Positions 50,021 to 63,134 of a DNA stretch of 64,000 nucleotides are shown here, piece after piece. Below the pieces are notes generated by a model. That model was not told the DNA's origin, made no database searches, and saw only the letters and a program-made list of their open reading frames with translations. The DNA is from Callorhinchus milii (Eukaryota), in contig NW_024704743.1 in NCBI RefSeq assembly GCF_018977255.1, forward strand, positions 65,722,001-65,786,000, written 5' to 3'. The position numbers and the translations under genes are program-made. Positions within the stretch are counted from its first letter, which is position 1, and every line of letters starts with the position of its first letter.

Positions 50021-53000
50021 TTTAATTTTCTCAACAACAAATATCTCATTGCACCAAACGGTTTCTAATTACAGCTGCAGCCTGAGTACTCTAGATTATC
50101 TTGGCATTCTTTTGCTGGTGTGTCATTGTGCTGGCTCAAAGAGCAAGGATAAAATAGCTTTTAATTTTTACGTCAGCAGAAATCCACATTTACACTGGCA
50201 AGTATCAGTAATACATTTTATACTGACTTAAAGGTTAAACACAGAGACCATTGTATGCTAATTGACACATGTAAGATCGGCTGAGACATTACAGCACAAT
50301 ATTTGTAAACGATGGCTTCCCCATCCATCTTAAAGCTTACTTCACAGAAACATGTTGTTAATAGGTCAGCAATGGTTTTTGTACAACGTAGGCTCATATC
50401 CGGTGAAAAATGTCTAACTAGCTGGACAAGCATAAAGATCATTGCTATTGCGGTTATGCACAATAGACCATGTGTTAACCATATGTAAATGTGTGTATTA
50501 TGCATTGCGTGTAAACCATAGGTTTGCAATTGCACCTAGTCTTAATCTGTAAAACCATTTTGTCTTAAAACTTTAGGTTGTGCAGAATAGTAGACAATTA
50601 TTAAATTCAGTCTTAATTTGGAAGCTGTCTTATTTTTTACAAACTCTGGTAAACAGGCTTATGACTGAATTTCTGAATATTCCACAGTTCTGCATGATCC
50701 TACATTTCAGGATAAAATAGTCTTATTGGCTAAGAGTAGAGTAGATGGAATTAATACCTTATATGTAAACCCATGCATCCAAAAGGAATTACTGAGCTTT
50801 AAATTATGTAGATACACCCAATAAAAAATAATTTATTGATTATGTAAATAATAACCAATAATAACCATTGACTATTAATCATATAAATAAGGGCATCTGT
50901 ATTTCTTTCTGTGTGCATATGTTTACACATGATTAACATGTAGTGCTTAATAGACCCATAAGGAGAAGCTCTTTAACTGAAAGAGTTGCATTCTCCTGCA
51001 GTGAAGGGAAAAGTACACAATGGAAAAGCTTAGAATAAAATGTCTGGTAGAGGACAGGGTGGAGTGGGACATTATGTCTGACAGTTGTTATTTATTAAGA
51101 AAATGTAACCAACGGTGTGCTGCTTAAACTCACAAAATAGGATGAATATTTTTGCTCATATCTACAGGCTACATCAATGACCACTTGGGAAGTGAAAGCA
51201 TTTTAGTGCCTGCTGTGAGGGATTGAGTGAATGCATTGATTGTCATACATGGCTAAGTTTAATTAAAAAAACGAGACAGTAGCTAAAGGCGAGTTCCTCT
51301 TTGTTAGCTGACTGTTCGGCCGTACTGTAAGGAAGAAGGTGAGTCATTAAGAGAGCAAGTTAATTTAACAAGAGAAAGGCTCTCACTGTGATACCGAGTG
51401 AAAGCCTTTTTCAAATTGAAAGATTACATTTCAGTATTTCCTAAAGGTAAATCCTTCACCATTGTCTAAAACATCTGATTAAAGTGGGACATTATGGAAC
51501 AAATGTACTATTAATTACAATTGTAATGAGGAGGTCTAGACTCACATCTCATTTCTCAGGACAGGACTGAATGTGAGTACTCACTTTATCCAGATTGGGC
51601 TGGAGCCTGGAGAGAAAATTAGTTGATTAAGCAAAGCACAATACCATGGCCTTACGTATACTACAGTAGCAGATCTGGGCTACCCAAAGATTTCATGCAG
51701 TGTTAGGGGTGTGAAATTCCACTTGCCGTTAGAGTTAATGGCATTGCTGTGGTATGCATGAATGTGTGGAATGTTTGATTTTGGCACGAGTCAAACAAGT
51801 GGCCTTGCATGGCAATTTTTAATGCATGTTATTGCATCCTGTTATCTCAAGCAGCCGTCGTATTTAATGGTGAGTTTGTGAAACCAATTCATTTCACACT
51901 TTCCCATGTAAATAAACCTGTACAGATGAATAACTCAAGGTTTTTATTCTGAGAGGAAGGTGTTCTGTCAATCCTTTTGATTTAATGGATGACAAAAATA
52001 TTTGAGGCTACCTAAAGAAAAGCCATTTTGGAGCTTTATGATTCTATCCATCCTGAATCTGAAGAATGAGTTGGAATAGGAGCGAGGGCAATGAGTTTAC
52101 ATCAAATTCGGTGAAGAGGCAGGGAGAAGGAAAATGTGCAGAATTGTGCATTGTTAACTTTGAAGAAACAGGAAAGAAAAGTTCAGATAAACATGACCAT
52201 ATCTGTAACAATAAAAGAAAAACAGAAAAGAATGCAGTGGTTTGTAAATGAAAAAACTCAGATTGTTTTTTGAATAAAATTCCATAAGCACTCTAATAAT
52301 CATATAATAATCCTTGCATTTGATATAGCGCCTTATCACATTGTTAGGAAGTCTCAAAGCGCTTCAATATTGTATATTGTAAAGTGAATTAACTGTATAG
52401 TTAAGTGTATGGACGACACCAGCTTTGCACGAAGATACAATACAAAATTACATTTGTATAGCGTCTTTCACATCAGGAGGACATCCCAAGGCGCTGGACA
52501 GAGGAGAGAGAAAAGGTAATCTGATTAGACACAAGCTATTTCTTGCATCCATTTTGCATCCTGTCCATGTGCGCAAGAGATGTGCAAGAAGATCCTACCC
52601 AGATATGATACCTATATTCAAGCCCTAAAGGGGAGCAGCTGAAGGCTGGAAGATTTTCCCTTCAATTAATTAACATATCTTTTTGAATGTTTTTTTTAAA
52701 TTTAAGGACTTTAATATTGAATCTGCATTGAAAAAACACAATTTTCCATAACATCTGAAACAGATAAATCTGTCCACTCCCCTCCTACACATTGAGTTGA
52801 TTCAATCTTTCATTGTTCCAACATAGGTTTAAATCATTAAATTTCTTTTTCCTTGAGGCCTTTCTGCAGTCTCTATGAATTTGGCTGGTTTGTCTCAGAA
52901 CGAGCCACACAATCTCAATCAGGAGTGAATAAGTATCTCCTTGCACAAGATAAACGACAGATGTATTCCATCTCTGGTTCTCACGTAACCTCCGGCAGAA

Positions 53001-53639
53001 TCCCACAGATTGGAGCAGACTGTTTTATTTGCCTACAGGACAATTGTTTCCTTTCGGACAGACTAGAGGACTAGAGGACTAGAGGACTAGAAGGAGACGA
53101 GAAAACATAGCAGAGGCCTGGAATTTCTCATGGCTCTAAGCATTAAAACCATTGACCACAATTTAAGATTCTGCTTGAAAAATTCTTGAATATAGTCTTA
53201 ATTTGAAATTGCATTTCTGTACTTAAAAAGATATGGAAATTTGTCTTCCATATGACGTTAGCTGCTCGATTTGTACTGAATGTAAGAATTTCCCAAACTT
53301 TTACACAATATTCAATTTTAATACAACAGTCTATGGGATTTTTAGACCTGTGATGCCTATTTTGACATTTGGTCATTTCTGGTTTGCTAAAGCCTCCAGG
53401 CAACTCCCAATTAATTTCAATTAGGTTCAAAATGATCTGATTACAACTTTCGATGGTGGAATATTCTGCACTCCTAAAATGAGAACATTGTCCTAGAAAA
53501 GATCTTAAACTGCAAGTAGCAAAATTACATTTATATTTGTGTCCCTTGAGTGAGTACAAAATTCACTGATGATGCCGTGGTTCATACCTGCTATATTTTA
53601 TGGTTTTGGATGCATTAGTGAAGGAGAAATGTGGAAGGA

Positions 53640-53935
53640 GAAATTGAAACTGTGGTACGATTCAATCAGAAAGAGCTTTTCCACAGAACGTGTTTCTTGC
53701 CTTCCAAGTAATTTACTTCTACTCAGTCCCCTATACCTAATGCATTGAAGCAGAGTCCAGCAATTATTTTAAAGTTGAATGAGATGGATGCTTGAAAAGA
53801 GGAATATTAAAGGGTTTGGGGCAGTGAGAAGGAGAGTGGGATTAGATGAGGTTGTTTCATGTGGAGAAAAATACCCATGCAGACTTGATTGGCCAAATGA
53901 TCTGTTTCTATTCTGCAACTTTCTATGATTCTATT
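53640..53935 (+). mobile_element. Old CR1 3' end
   Basis: ttttccacagaacgtg...gattggccaaatgatctgtttctattctg...ttctatgattcta tail. Confidence 0.7.
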
Positions 53936-54469
53936 ATGGTCTTTCACATATCAATGTTAATTCAACAGCTTCTACACTTTGGCAGGCAGCACCATGACTT
54001 AATTTCCTGCTGTGCTTGATGATTTTTCTTTAATTAAATACATCAATATTTTGATAGACAGGCGTTTAAGTGTATTTATTTGCGGAATAAGGATTGCTTT
54101 CTCGTCCAACACAAAGCTACATTATGCCAAGCGTCACCCAGTACCAGCACATTTGAGAGAAGTTCCAGAATTGCTGCGGTTATGCTCATTTATCTGGCGC
54201 TGTGTTAATCTCCTGTGACAGGAGAAAAGTGGAAAGGTAGTGAAATTGGAACAACTGAGTAACCAACTGGCTTCTGAAAATGGAGCCAAAATGCCTGCCA
54301 AATGCATTTGTGAACCATTTTATAGGGGACAATAATGCTGAGAGAAAACCAAACCTGAATAGACCTAATATTCAGCATTCGCCTGGCCATTTCATGATGG
54401 CTTTTAGTGCTGTCTTGGTTGCTGCATATCTTGAAAGACAAAGGATTGGCATAAACTGACAGTCAACAG

Positions 54470-55040
54470 AAGGTACATCTTGGCCTTCAACCACCGCTCC
54501 TGGTAAACTCTTGCAGTCATTGTCCTGAAATTGTCCTTTACAACTTTAAACCTAGTTCCTCTTGTGTCTTGGTGCATCGAAAAGTATTGATCTGGGTTTA
54601 CTTTTTCAAACCCACTAAAATATTTGCATGCCTCTATGAGGTCCCCTGTGAGATGTCTTCTCTTGAGACTGAAGAGGCCCAGCTTGTCAAATTGTTGTTT
54701 GTAGCTCATTCCTCTAACACAGGGGATCATCCCCATTGCTCTACTATGCACTGCCTCTAGGGTCTGGGTAGCCCCCTAATGTTGTGGTGACCAGAACTAT
54801 GCAGTATTTAAGGTGCAGTCTGACCAGAGGACTATACAGCCTGAGAATAGCATCTGGAGATCTAAACTCAACTGATTTAGCAAGTAGCCTTGCAGTCTGT
54901 TTGCCTTGATTATTGCTACCTCACATTGTTTCAATGTAGTGAGTGAAGAGTCAACTAACACCCTTAGATCAGCTTCTCCCTTGGCAAGTTTTATCCCATC
55001 CATCGAGTACTTGTGTTTGTGAAGGTTGGTACTGTGAACC
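54470..55040 (-). mobile_element. Old CR1 ORF2 fragment
   Basis: ORFs 54404-54751 (LGLFSLKRRHLTGDLIE) and 54797-55042 (EADLRVLVDSSL...KANR). Confidence 0.85.
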
Positions 55041-55165
55041 AAAACCCAGTTTGTGATGTCTATTCCAGGACAGTCTGAGCTTGTTATTTGAACCTATAGG
55101 AAGTAACTGCTGGAATTATGGGCTTGAGAGGAGGGATCTTGGGCACAGGTAAAAGTGGTAGCCCT

Positions 55166-55235
55166 CTTTGCAAGTAAGCAGGTTAGAGAAGGCATTCGAA
55201 TTCAAATGCCTTCCCTAACCTGTTTACTTTCAAAG
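55166..55235. repeat. Spacerless palindrome, 35-bp arms
   Basis: 55166-55200 vs reverse complement of 55201-55235: 31/35 identical, centred on GAATTC. Confidence 0.95.
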
Positions 55236-55961
55236 TTAATTTGCACAGCAGTGGCACCAAGCCCTGGACAGTTCTATTTTCCGCAATCCATTTATCAGAT
55301 GTTGTGGAAAGAGATGTTATGTTCCAAAAAGCTCATCGGTCTGATTGTCATTGCTAATGTCTCTAACTTAATGGACATTTATGATAGGCTGTTATAAAGA
55401 GGTCCGTGCCAATTGCTCAGAAAATGGTACACTGAGTCCTAATTGTCGTAACAAACCAGTAGGCTTTTCTGCAATATTTACTGCTGATATTTAAATTTAA
55501 CAGGATTTTTTAGTGTAGGGTCATTTCTTATTTTATTCCCTTTGTTAAATGGTGCAGTTATATTGCCAAGATTCCATACCCCCCCACCCCTACTGAAAAG
55601 TGGCTGCATGAAAAATACTGAACAATGAATAATGTGGACATATATTCCTCTGTATGAAATGAAGGAAATAATGCAAATAAATATGTTGTTGTTTTTCTTG
55701 CAACTTGTTAGAATTGGAGGATAGAAGTTTTTTAGAGCTTGTGCCTGAATCCATTAGGAATTAATATACAGTATTTACTATTGTTCCTTATTATAAAATT
55801 TGAGCAAACAGAGCATAACATGCTGGAGTCTGTTTTCTGCTGCGGTTTATCGGGTGAGCCCAGCTCAGGGCCAAAATAATGTGAAAAGTGTTTTCTAGAC
55901 AAAATAAATACATCTCAGACTTCCAAAGATAAAATCCTTTAGTTATCCAAGTCATTTAACT

Positions 55962-56173
55962 CTGTGGGCAAAACTAGCTCCTGCCATTAACACAAACATC
56001 ACCTTGCAAATGCAAGTCCCAGCTGCTTCAATGTTTGTTTCAATTTTGCTGAAAACTCCAACGATAACTTTTTGAGGATTTCATTTACGTCCACCCAATA
56101 AATTGCAGTTCAACCATGAAATTGGTATTTTCCGTGGAGGAAACTGAAAGTGGCAGGGAGGTTATGTTCACAG
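55962..56173. mobile_element. Decayed MITE-like element
   Basis: Imperfect terminal inverted repeats ctgtgggcaaaactagctcctgccatt / aagtggcagggaggttatgttcacag. Confidence 0.45.
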
Positions 56174-56439
56174 ACATCAGAGCTGGAGTAGTCTTTGAAG
56201 ACAGAGGTAAACTAATGAGTTGCAGAATCATTCTTTGGAAAAGTTAGTGGAAGGATTCATTTAACCCTTGAGGGTAGGAAAGAATGTTACAAAGGCCATC
56301 ATGGCAAACTTTGAAATGAAAATTACAGAGGAAATGTATCTCATTAAGTTGGAATATAATCTTAAATATTATAGAGGAACATATTTTTCACTTTCAGGTT
56401 TCCTTTCCTATAGTTTTCTTGTATATATTTCCCCATCCT

Positions 56440-56805
56440 CACTCACCTCAAATAGGTTTGCATCCCCTTGTGGACCAAGTTCATGTTCCTCCCTCTCACG
56501 TTCAAATCCCTCATCGGCCTCGCTCTATCCAACCTCCACGATCTCCTTCACCGACACAGCCACTTGCTTCACTCGGCAAACACTGGCCTGCTGTCCTCAT
56601 CTCCTCTGCCCTGTCTGCCTCACCATTGGATGGGAGGGCTTTCAGCCATTCTGCTCCCACTCTCTGGAATTCCATCTGGGAATCCCCCGGATTTGCTCCC
56701 TTCCTTACCTCATTCAAACCTAATTGATGGTGTGGTACCCCAGTGCCGTGGGATGTCCTCCTGACATGAAAGGCACTATATAAATGCAATTTCTTGTTGT
56801 TGTTT
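56440..56805 (+). mobile_element. L2 LINE 3' end
   Basis: GRAFSHSAPTLWNSI motif; tail tgaaaggcactatataaatgcaatttc(ttg)n. Confidence 0.85.
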
Positions 56806-57149
56806 TGAAAGGAACATTTTTTGTTCTGTAACAATAGAAAACTAATATAAAATATAGTATATGATTTCAATCAGTTATATCAAATTATGTGGTAACATTC
56901 TTTTATTTCCTTAAACATTAGATTTAATGTTTCACCCACAAATATACAGTCAATTCACTTTACAGTATATTTTGTGAAGCCCTTTGAAACGTCCAGAAGA
57001 CGTGATAAGGCTCTATATAAAATGCAAGTATTATTATTATTACTTTTAAAAAATGTTCTTCACAAACTAAATTACATGGATGTCAGTAGATCAAGATTAA
57101 AGTAGTATTGAAAAAATGTAGAGTAGTCATGTTTGAGTACTGTTCTTAA

Positions 57150-57495
57150 AGGACTTTGAACTCACACTTGAGGCTGACACTTCAATGCAGTGCTAGGGTG
57201 TGCTGCATTGTTGGAGGTACCATCCTTCAGATGAGAGATTAAACCAAGGTCTGCCTGTTCAGGTGGACTTTAAAGATCATAATGCACTGCTCAAAAAAAG
57301 AGAATTTCTCCTGGTTTCCTGGCCAAAAAAAACCCAAATAAATTCGGTTATTCATTTCATAGCTGTTTGGGGGACACTGCTGTGTGCAAACTGGCAGCCA
57401 TGTTTGCCTGCAAAATACACAGTCACTACACTCTACAAGATATCATGTGAAGCACTTTGAGACGTCCACTTAACGTGGAAGGCACTATTTCAATT
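57150..57495 (+). mobile_element. Deu-domain SINE (family A), head truncated
   Basis: ggctgacacttcaatgcag...ggaggtaccatccttcagatgagagattaaacc...caggtggac core and tail. Confidence 0.85.
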
Positions 57496-59399
57496 TGCTT
57501 TTGCCATGCAGCCTTGTTATATGCAGCTTAGGTTACGTGAGATTTGGGATAATTGTCACATTGAATCTGTTGTGTAACATCTAATTTTTCACCCCATTAG
57601 AGTTACCAGAAATCCATTAGGCTCAGCTTGCCAGATTGTGTTTTACAAATGTGCTCAGTGTTTTCATTTGCTTCAAAAGATATCAGTGTTTGTGGTGTGC
57701 TCATTCAACTCAATCAGTGACGTACTGTCATTCAACCCGATCAATGCTAAATGTTTCTTTTTACTTCTTTGTTGCAAAAAGCAAAGAGCTGTAGTGTACT
57801 GCAAAGGCTGTACTTACCCTAATGATAGTCCTGCTGTAATAAAGAGTGACTCTAAATGTCATCTCTTAACATTTTGGCACATCCTAGATCGTATTTCTCA
57901 ATTTGTGTGAGACTTATAAGAATGGGTTATTGTCTGAAACTGTTTTGAGGTTTAGTTACTCCCTCAGTAAAGTCTTTGCAGTAACCTCTGCAATAGTTCC
58001 CTCTGCATTGCTGAATGAAAGAAAACTATCCCTGTGGCAAGAGGGAGGAGAGATAACGTCATTACAGATGCCCACAAGAAATGTGAGAACCATTAGTGTC
58101 GTGGGTGAATTTTATATTGATAAACAGTGATTATTTTATCCCATAATGTGTGGTTGGTGGTGAGTAATTTTCCCAGCTAAAGTCTGACGTGGTTTCATTT
58201 GGGACCAATGCCACTCCTGATAGTTAAGGGCGCAGAGTTTTACCATCCGTTACACCCATGCTAAGCAGCCCCACGATTATCTGAAGAGCTATATCACTGA
58301 AATGTCAACTGCCCAATTTATAGGTTGCTGCCTTTTGTCCAAACATTTTCTAACATAGAATTGGACTTGTCTTTACATAGTTAATGTAACTTTAATTGAA
58401 CACTCAATTATCAGTTTAAAGACCCAAGTACATTTTTGTCATGGGGGTCAGTGGCAGTCTCGACATTTTAATGTTGCAAATGGGCTCACACAAACTCAGC
58501 AGTAAGCAGTGAGGAAGTGTCACAGGAGAGGGATGAAATATTGCACAATAGATTGGAGTGTCTCCCAAAGCCTAGAAGTGAAGATGAGTGCAGATCTGGT
58601 CAGCCAAAAATTGTCTGACCAAAGTCATGTCAGTCCAAGGACATTTCACTCTACAATGACTTGTTTTGTTTGTTTAAATTGTTCATTGGAGATCTAATTA
58701 GCATGAGATTTGTATTCAGATTACAACTTTCCACTTTAACCATGGTTGCTGTGAAAAGTGCAGTATATAAACTGATGCACATTGTGATTTGGAAGGAATT
58801 GTGGTTGTGGCAGTGCTTGATTTGTCTTGTTTGAGTATAAACCCAGTGATATGCGATAAGCTCTTTCATAACATCGGGAAGTACCAATCAGGCTTCCTAC
58901 TTCACATTGCTCTTCTATGGGAAGCGATATTAATTTCCTTCCAGCAGAATAAGCACATCATTAGTCAGGTTTCCTCAAGCTTAGTTCTGTCTTCAATAGG
59001 TTTTCAAAAGCCATGCATACCTCCTCCCCTACAGCTTAGGGGAGTTTCTCAGGATTTGGGGATGAACCATTCTCATTTATTACAGTCTACTTGTATTGAA
59101 AGCCTTCCTCAATGTCCTACCAGGTGCAGCTGCCTCTTATTCACGATTGTATCTGGACATTCCTGGTTTGTTCAAGCTTATTGTGCACCAATTCCTGTTT
59201 TGTTTTGGCTATCGTTACAGCTAGCAGCTATGTTTGTTGTAAAAACTTAGCTTCCCAGTTCATGTTCATGCAAGTACGTTTCTTACTCCTATCTTTGAGC
59301 AATCTGATGCAGTTGAGAATTTGGAATTTGTTTTCTTTTCTCAATTTTCTTCCCTTGACTCCTGACTCTGCTGACCTTAAGCCAAATCCTAGTAAACTA

Positions 59400-59676
59400 T
59401 TCATACCTCATCCAGGTGTCCAGTCTCCATGTGCGAGCATAGTCAGTGAGTGTTTGAATGTAAAGAGATCAAAACTGTCCTCACCCGATGCATTTGCAGC
59501 TTGTTTACAGGATAGTGAATAGGAGCAGGAACCCTTGTTGGTGATTTTTGCCCTTTCCCTTGGCTAAGGGTATTGAGGCTCACTATAGCATCTGAACTGC
59601 AGCCCTGACTCAGATCAACTAACCCAGATTAGGACCTGAGTCTGAGACATTCTGGTTTAATTGGCTTAGTGTTACT
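59400..59676 (-). mobile_element. Ancient tRNA-head SINE of a third family
   Basis: Minus-strand gggttagttgatctgagtcagggctgcag...gttcctgctcct...cgggtgaggacag resembles an old chondrichthyan SINE as recalled; not family A or B. Confidence 0.4.
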
Positions 59677-59681
59677 GTCTC

Positions 59682-60287
59682 ACACTGCAGGCTGCCGAAA
59701 CCCTCATTACACCGAGGCTTGACTATGCAAACTCATTACTTGTCGGCCTCCCCAACTCCTCCCGCCTTAGGCTGCAGATCATCCAGAACTCTGCAGCCTG
59801 TGTCCTCTCCCGCACTAGGCTTATTGACCCTATCACCCCCATCCTCGCCCGACTCCACTGGCTTCCCATCACACAGAGCATACAGTTCAAGATCCTGGTC
59901 CTCACCTTCAAAGCCCTCCACGGTCTTGCTCCCCCCTACCTCTGCGACCTCCTAACCCACTACCATCCTGCTCGCTCCCTCCGCTGAGTGGGATCCAGCC
60001 TGCTTCACGTCCCCCGCCTCGCTCGCCCCACTATTGGTGGGTGGGCCTTCTGTCACTCTGCCCCCACCCTCTGGAACTCCATTCCACAGTCCGTCCACCT
60101 TACCCTCTCCCTCGACACCTTCAAGACCCATCTCAAGACCCTCCTCTTCGACCGTGCTTTCGATCTCCCTGCGTCCCGACCTGCCCTCCACCCTCCCCGA
60201 TCCTGACCCCCAGCTTGGGTCAGAAACTCTGTCTATGACCTCCCAATGTGAAAGGCGCTAAACAAATGGATTTTGTTGTTGTCGTTG
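59682..60287 (+). mobile_element. L2 LINE 3' part
   Basis: RLDYANS, IQNSAA, LHWLP, GGWAFCHSAPTLWNSIP...FKTHLKTLLFDRAF; (ttg)n tail. Confidence 0.93.
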
Positions 60288-60984
60288 ACTGGGCAGTAAC
60301 TTTATGTATTAGGGTGGCTAATTCTGTATTTATTATTTTTTAAATGTTTGCTTTTATTTTCTTCCCTCTTATACCTTATGGAGTCCTATACCATGGAACA
60401 CTGGTGGAGAGAATAGGCAGGCAATCTGGGACACTCTGTGAACAACCTCTCAAAGCCACATCAGAGCGTTCTCGGCTGGTCAATTTTGTATACCTTGCCC
60501 TATCTGCCCCACAGTTAGTGGACAAATATTCAGCCATTCTGCCCCCACTTTATGGAACTTTATTCTAGAGACTCTCAGCCTCACACTTTCGTTCCCTGAT
60601 TTTAAAACCCACTTTAACATTTATGTTTTTGTTGGTGCTTTTGGCCACTTCTGCCTCCCCAGACCTCTTCAGCTTCCACCCGTCTCTCTCCGCCGCCCCC
60701 CACCCGCCCCACACCTCCGGTTCACATGGCCAGGCACCAATGTGATATATGTAAAGCATGAAAAGTTATCCACCAGCAGAAATAAAGCAGAATTTTTTGG
60801 GGATGTGATCGACAGTGTACTTTTGAAAGTACTGTGTCTAGCCATATTGAAGCAGCTTACAACAAAGTGACTCAAATACTGAGATGCCTTTGGAGATAGG
60901 TGAGCGATAGTGAGAATAGGTCATTTTAATGCTCTATACATGACGAGTGTATCAAATGCCAGGATTATTATTAGTGAGGATATT

Positions 60985-61345
60985 TTTGGAGTACAGGGTG
61001 CAGTTTTGGTCACCCAATCTCGAAATGAACTTTGGAAAGGGGAATGTGATATGCAATAATTATCACATTATATAGTTCATTTTCCCTCATAGAATCAGAG
61101 AGGATTATTAAGGATACTTTCATCTCTTACAAAGAAAGAAACAGTGGAGACTGAATGCATTTTTGCTTTTGAAAGGATATTTGAAATATATACAGTTATT
61201 TAGAACTGTGAAAAATTCAGAAAAATTGGATTAAGAAGGCTGTATAATCAGGGCTGTGAGCATAGAACTGAAGGATACAAATACAAAATTCACAATCCTT
61301 GAGCTGTACTCAAATACTATTTTCCGTAAGGGTGGTGGAAACTGA
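60985..61345 (+). mobile_element. Very old CR1 ORF2 3' fragment
   Basis: gtgcagttttggtcacc (VQFWSP), agaactgaaggatacaaatacaaa, ttttccgtaagggtggtg. Confidence 0.5.
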
Positions 61346-61349
61346 ACTG

Positions 61350-62807
61350 AGTTGGTGCAGCTTGGTGCCTACACATGCAGAAACAAGAAGAAATGGGAAA
61401 TCCAGATATGAAACAAAAAGAAATGGGAAATCCAGAGTTCAAATAGGCAGAAATGGGAAATCCAGATGTGAGACAAGAAGAAATGGGAAATCCAGCTGGG
61501 AAATCCAGCTGGGAAATTCAGCTGTGAAATCCAGATGTGAAACAAGAAGAAATGAGAAATCCAGGTGTAAAATAAGAAGAATTGGGAAATCGGGATGTGA
61601 AATTCAAATGTGAAATCCAGATGTAAAACAAGAAGAAATAGGGAATCTAGATGAGAAATAAGACGAAATAAGAAGAAATGGGAAATCCAGATGTGAAACA
61701 AGACCAAATGGGAAATCCAGTTGTTAAACCAGAAGAAATGGGAAATCTAGATGTGGAACAAGAAGAAATGGGAAATCCAGCTGTGAAATAAGAAGAAATG
61801 GGAAATCCAGATGTGAAATTCCAATGTGAAATCCAGGCGTGCAGCAAGAAGAAATGGGGAACCCAGAGGAGAAAAAATAAGAAATTAGAAATCCAGATGT
61901 GAAATAAAAAGAAATGGAAAATCCAGATGCGAAATCCAGATGTGGAATCTAGATGTGGAATAAGAAGGAATGGGGCATGCAGATGTGAAACAAGAAGAAA
62001 TGGGAATCCAGAGGAGAAATAAGAATAAATGGGAAATCCAGATGTGAAACAAGAAGAAATGTGAAATCCAGATGTAAAATCCAGATGTGAAACAAGAAGA
62101 AACGGGAAATCCAGATGTGAAAAAGGCAAATCCAGAGGAGAATTAAGAAGAAACGGGAAATCCAGATGTGAAACAAGAAGAAATGGGACATCGAGATGTG
62201 AAACAAGAAGAAATGGAAAATCAAGATGTGAAACAAGTAGAAATAGGAAATCCAGATGTTAAACAAGAAGAAATGGGAAATCTAGCACTATGCTTAAGAG
62301 TATCCAAACCAAACTGTGAATTCCATGCATCCCACCTGTCTATTCCTGTGATAGATTGTTCGAATGGAATTTGGACTCGATCCCTGGTAGTCTGTATCCT
62401 GCTTACCTAAGCATAAGGTGCAGGTTGGCAGGAGTCAAGGCTAGGGGACCCCACGGTACTGGTAGAATACTAACCAACGAGAACTGTATAGCTTGCTGTT
62501 GAAAGCATTGATTGGCAAGCTTTCCCGCTGCTTGTCCAGCAAGAACCACTCTACTCTTCAGCTGGCAAGGTTAACAGGAGCTGAAAGGGATGACTCTCTG
62601 CCCCCAGTGACTGGTCAGCCCTCCCCTCCCACCCCGAAGTCCTGCCGATAAGCCAAGTTACCTGTGTTGTCATCAGCAATGCCTTGGAGTAATGCGGACC
62701 TGCCTGGTTCAGGAATTGGACTACTGAGATCACCACAGAGGGTGAGCTCGATTCCAATATTCTTTTGCCAGACATATCACCTTGGAGTTCCAAGGAGACC
62801 CCACTTA
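61350..62807 (-). mobile_element. Unclassified repeat family X, full-length copy split by the minisatellite
   Basis: ttggtgcagcttggtgcctacacatg (61352-61377) plus cactatgcttaagagtatccaaaccaaactg...ttccaaggagaccccactta (62286-62807) colinear with 27130-27710. Confidence 0.8.
61379..62285. repeat. Minisatellite, 30-bp unit GAAACAAGAAGAAATGGGAAATCCAGATGT with interspersed 13-bp GAAATCCAGATGT sub-units
   Basis: About 900 bp of directly visible tandem copies with substitutions and partial units. Confidence 0.97.
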
Positions 62808-63134
62808 CACATCAATTATATTTCATTGCCTAAGAATCTTTATAGTCCACAGGGGAAAATTTCTGGCCAAACATTTGTATAGATGATGGAATTTGAAGGG
62901 TAAATTAAATACCTCAACCTGTGTTAAAATCCTCGCAAACTTCCATAGAATATTGTTTCCAGTATTAATTTTCTCCCCTTGTTAGTTGGTCCTCATTCAT
63001 ATGCATAAAAATCAGAATCATAAAATGAAATTATGACAGGCAATGAATGTTCCTGCAAAAACAGAAACCAGCAACCATTTAGCCTCATGCTGGAGTAGAA
63101 AATCAGATTTGTTCCAAAACGAATGTTCCATTAA

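Noticed and set aside
52785..53006. Myb/SANT-like motif RKKKFNDL in a minus-strand ORF
   Set aside because: The other conserved residues of the domain are not evident, and it is 7 kb from the putative Harbinger relic; likely chance.
53061..53091. GACTAGAG x4 short tandem repeat
   Set aside because: Simple slippage repeat with no further structure.
58789..59522. 153-aa and 136-aa ORFs
   Set aside because: They have non-ATG starts and no recognisable domain, and the second runs into a SINE remnant.
61379..62285. CRISPR-like array
   Set aside because: Units are tandem without unique spacers, there are no cas genes, and the context is vertebrate.
61299..62410. ORFs with ETRRNGKSRC, KQEEMGNPDV or FFLFHIWISH repeats
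   Set aside because: These are by-products of a 30-bp (multiple of 3) minisatellite; frames break at the 13-bp sub-units.
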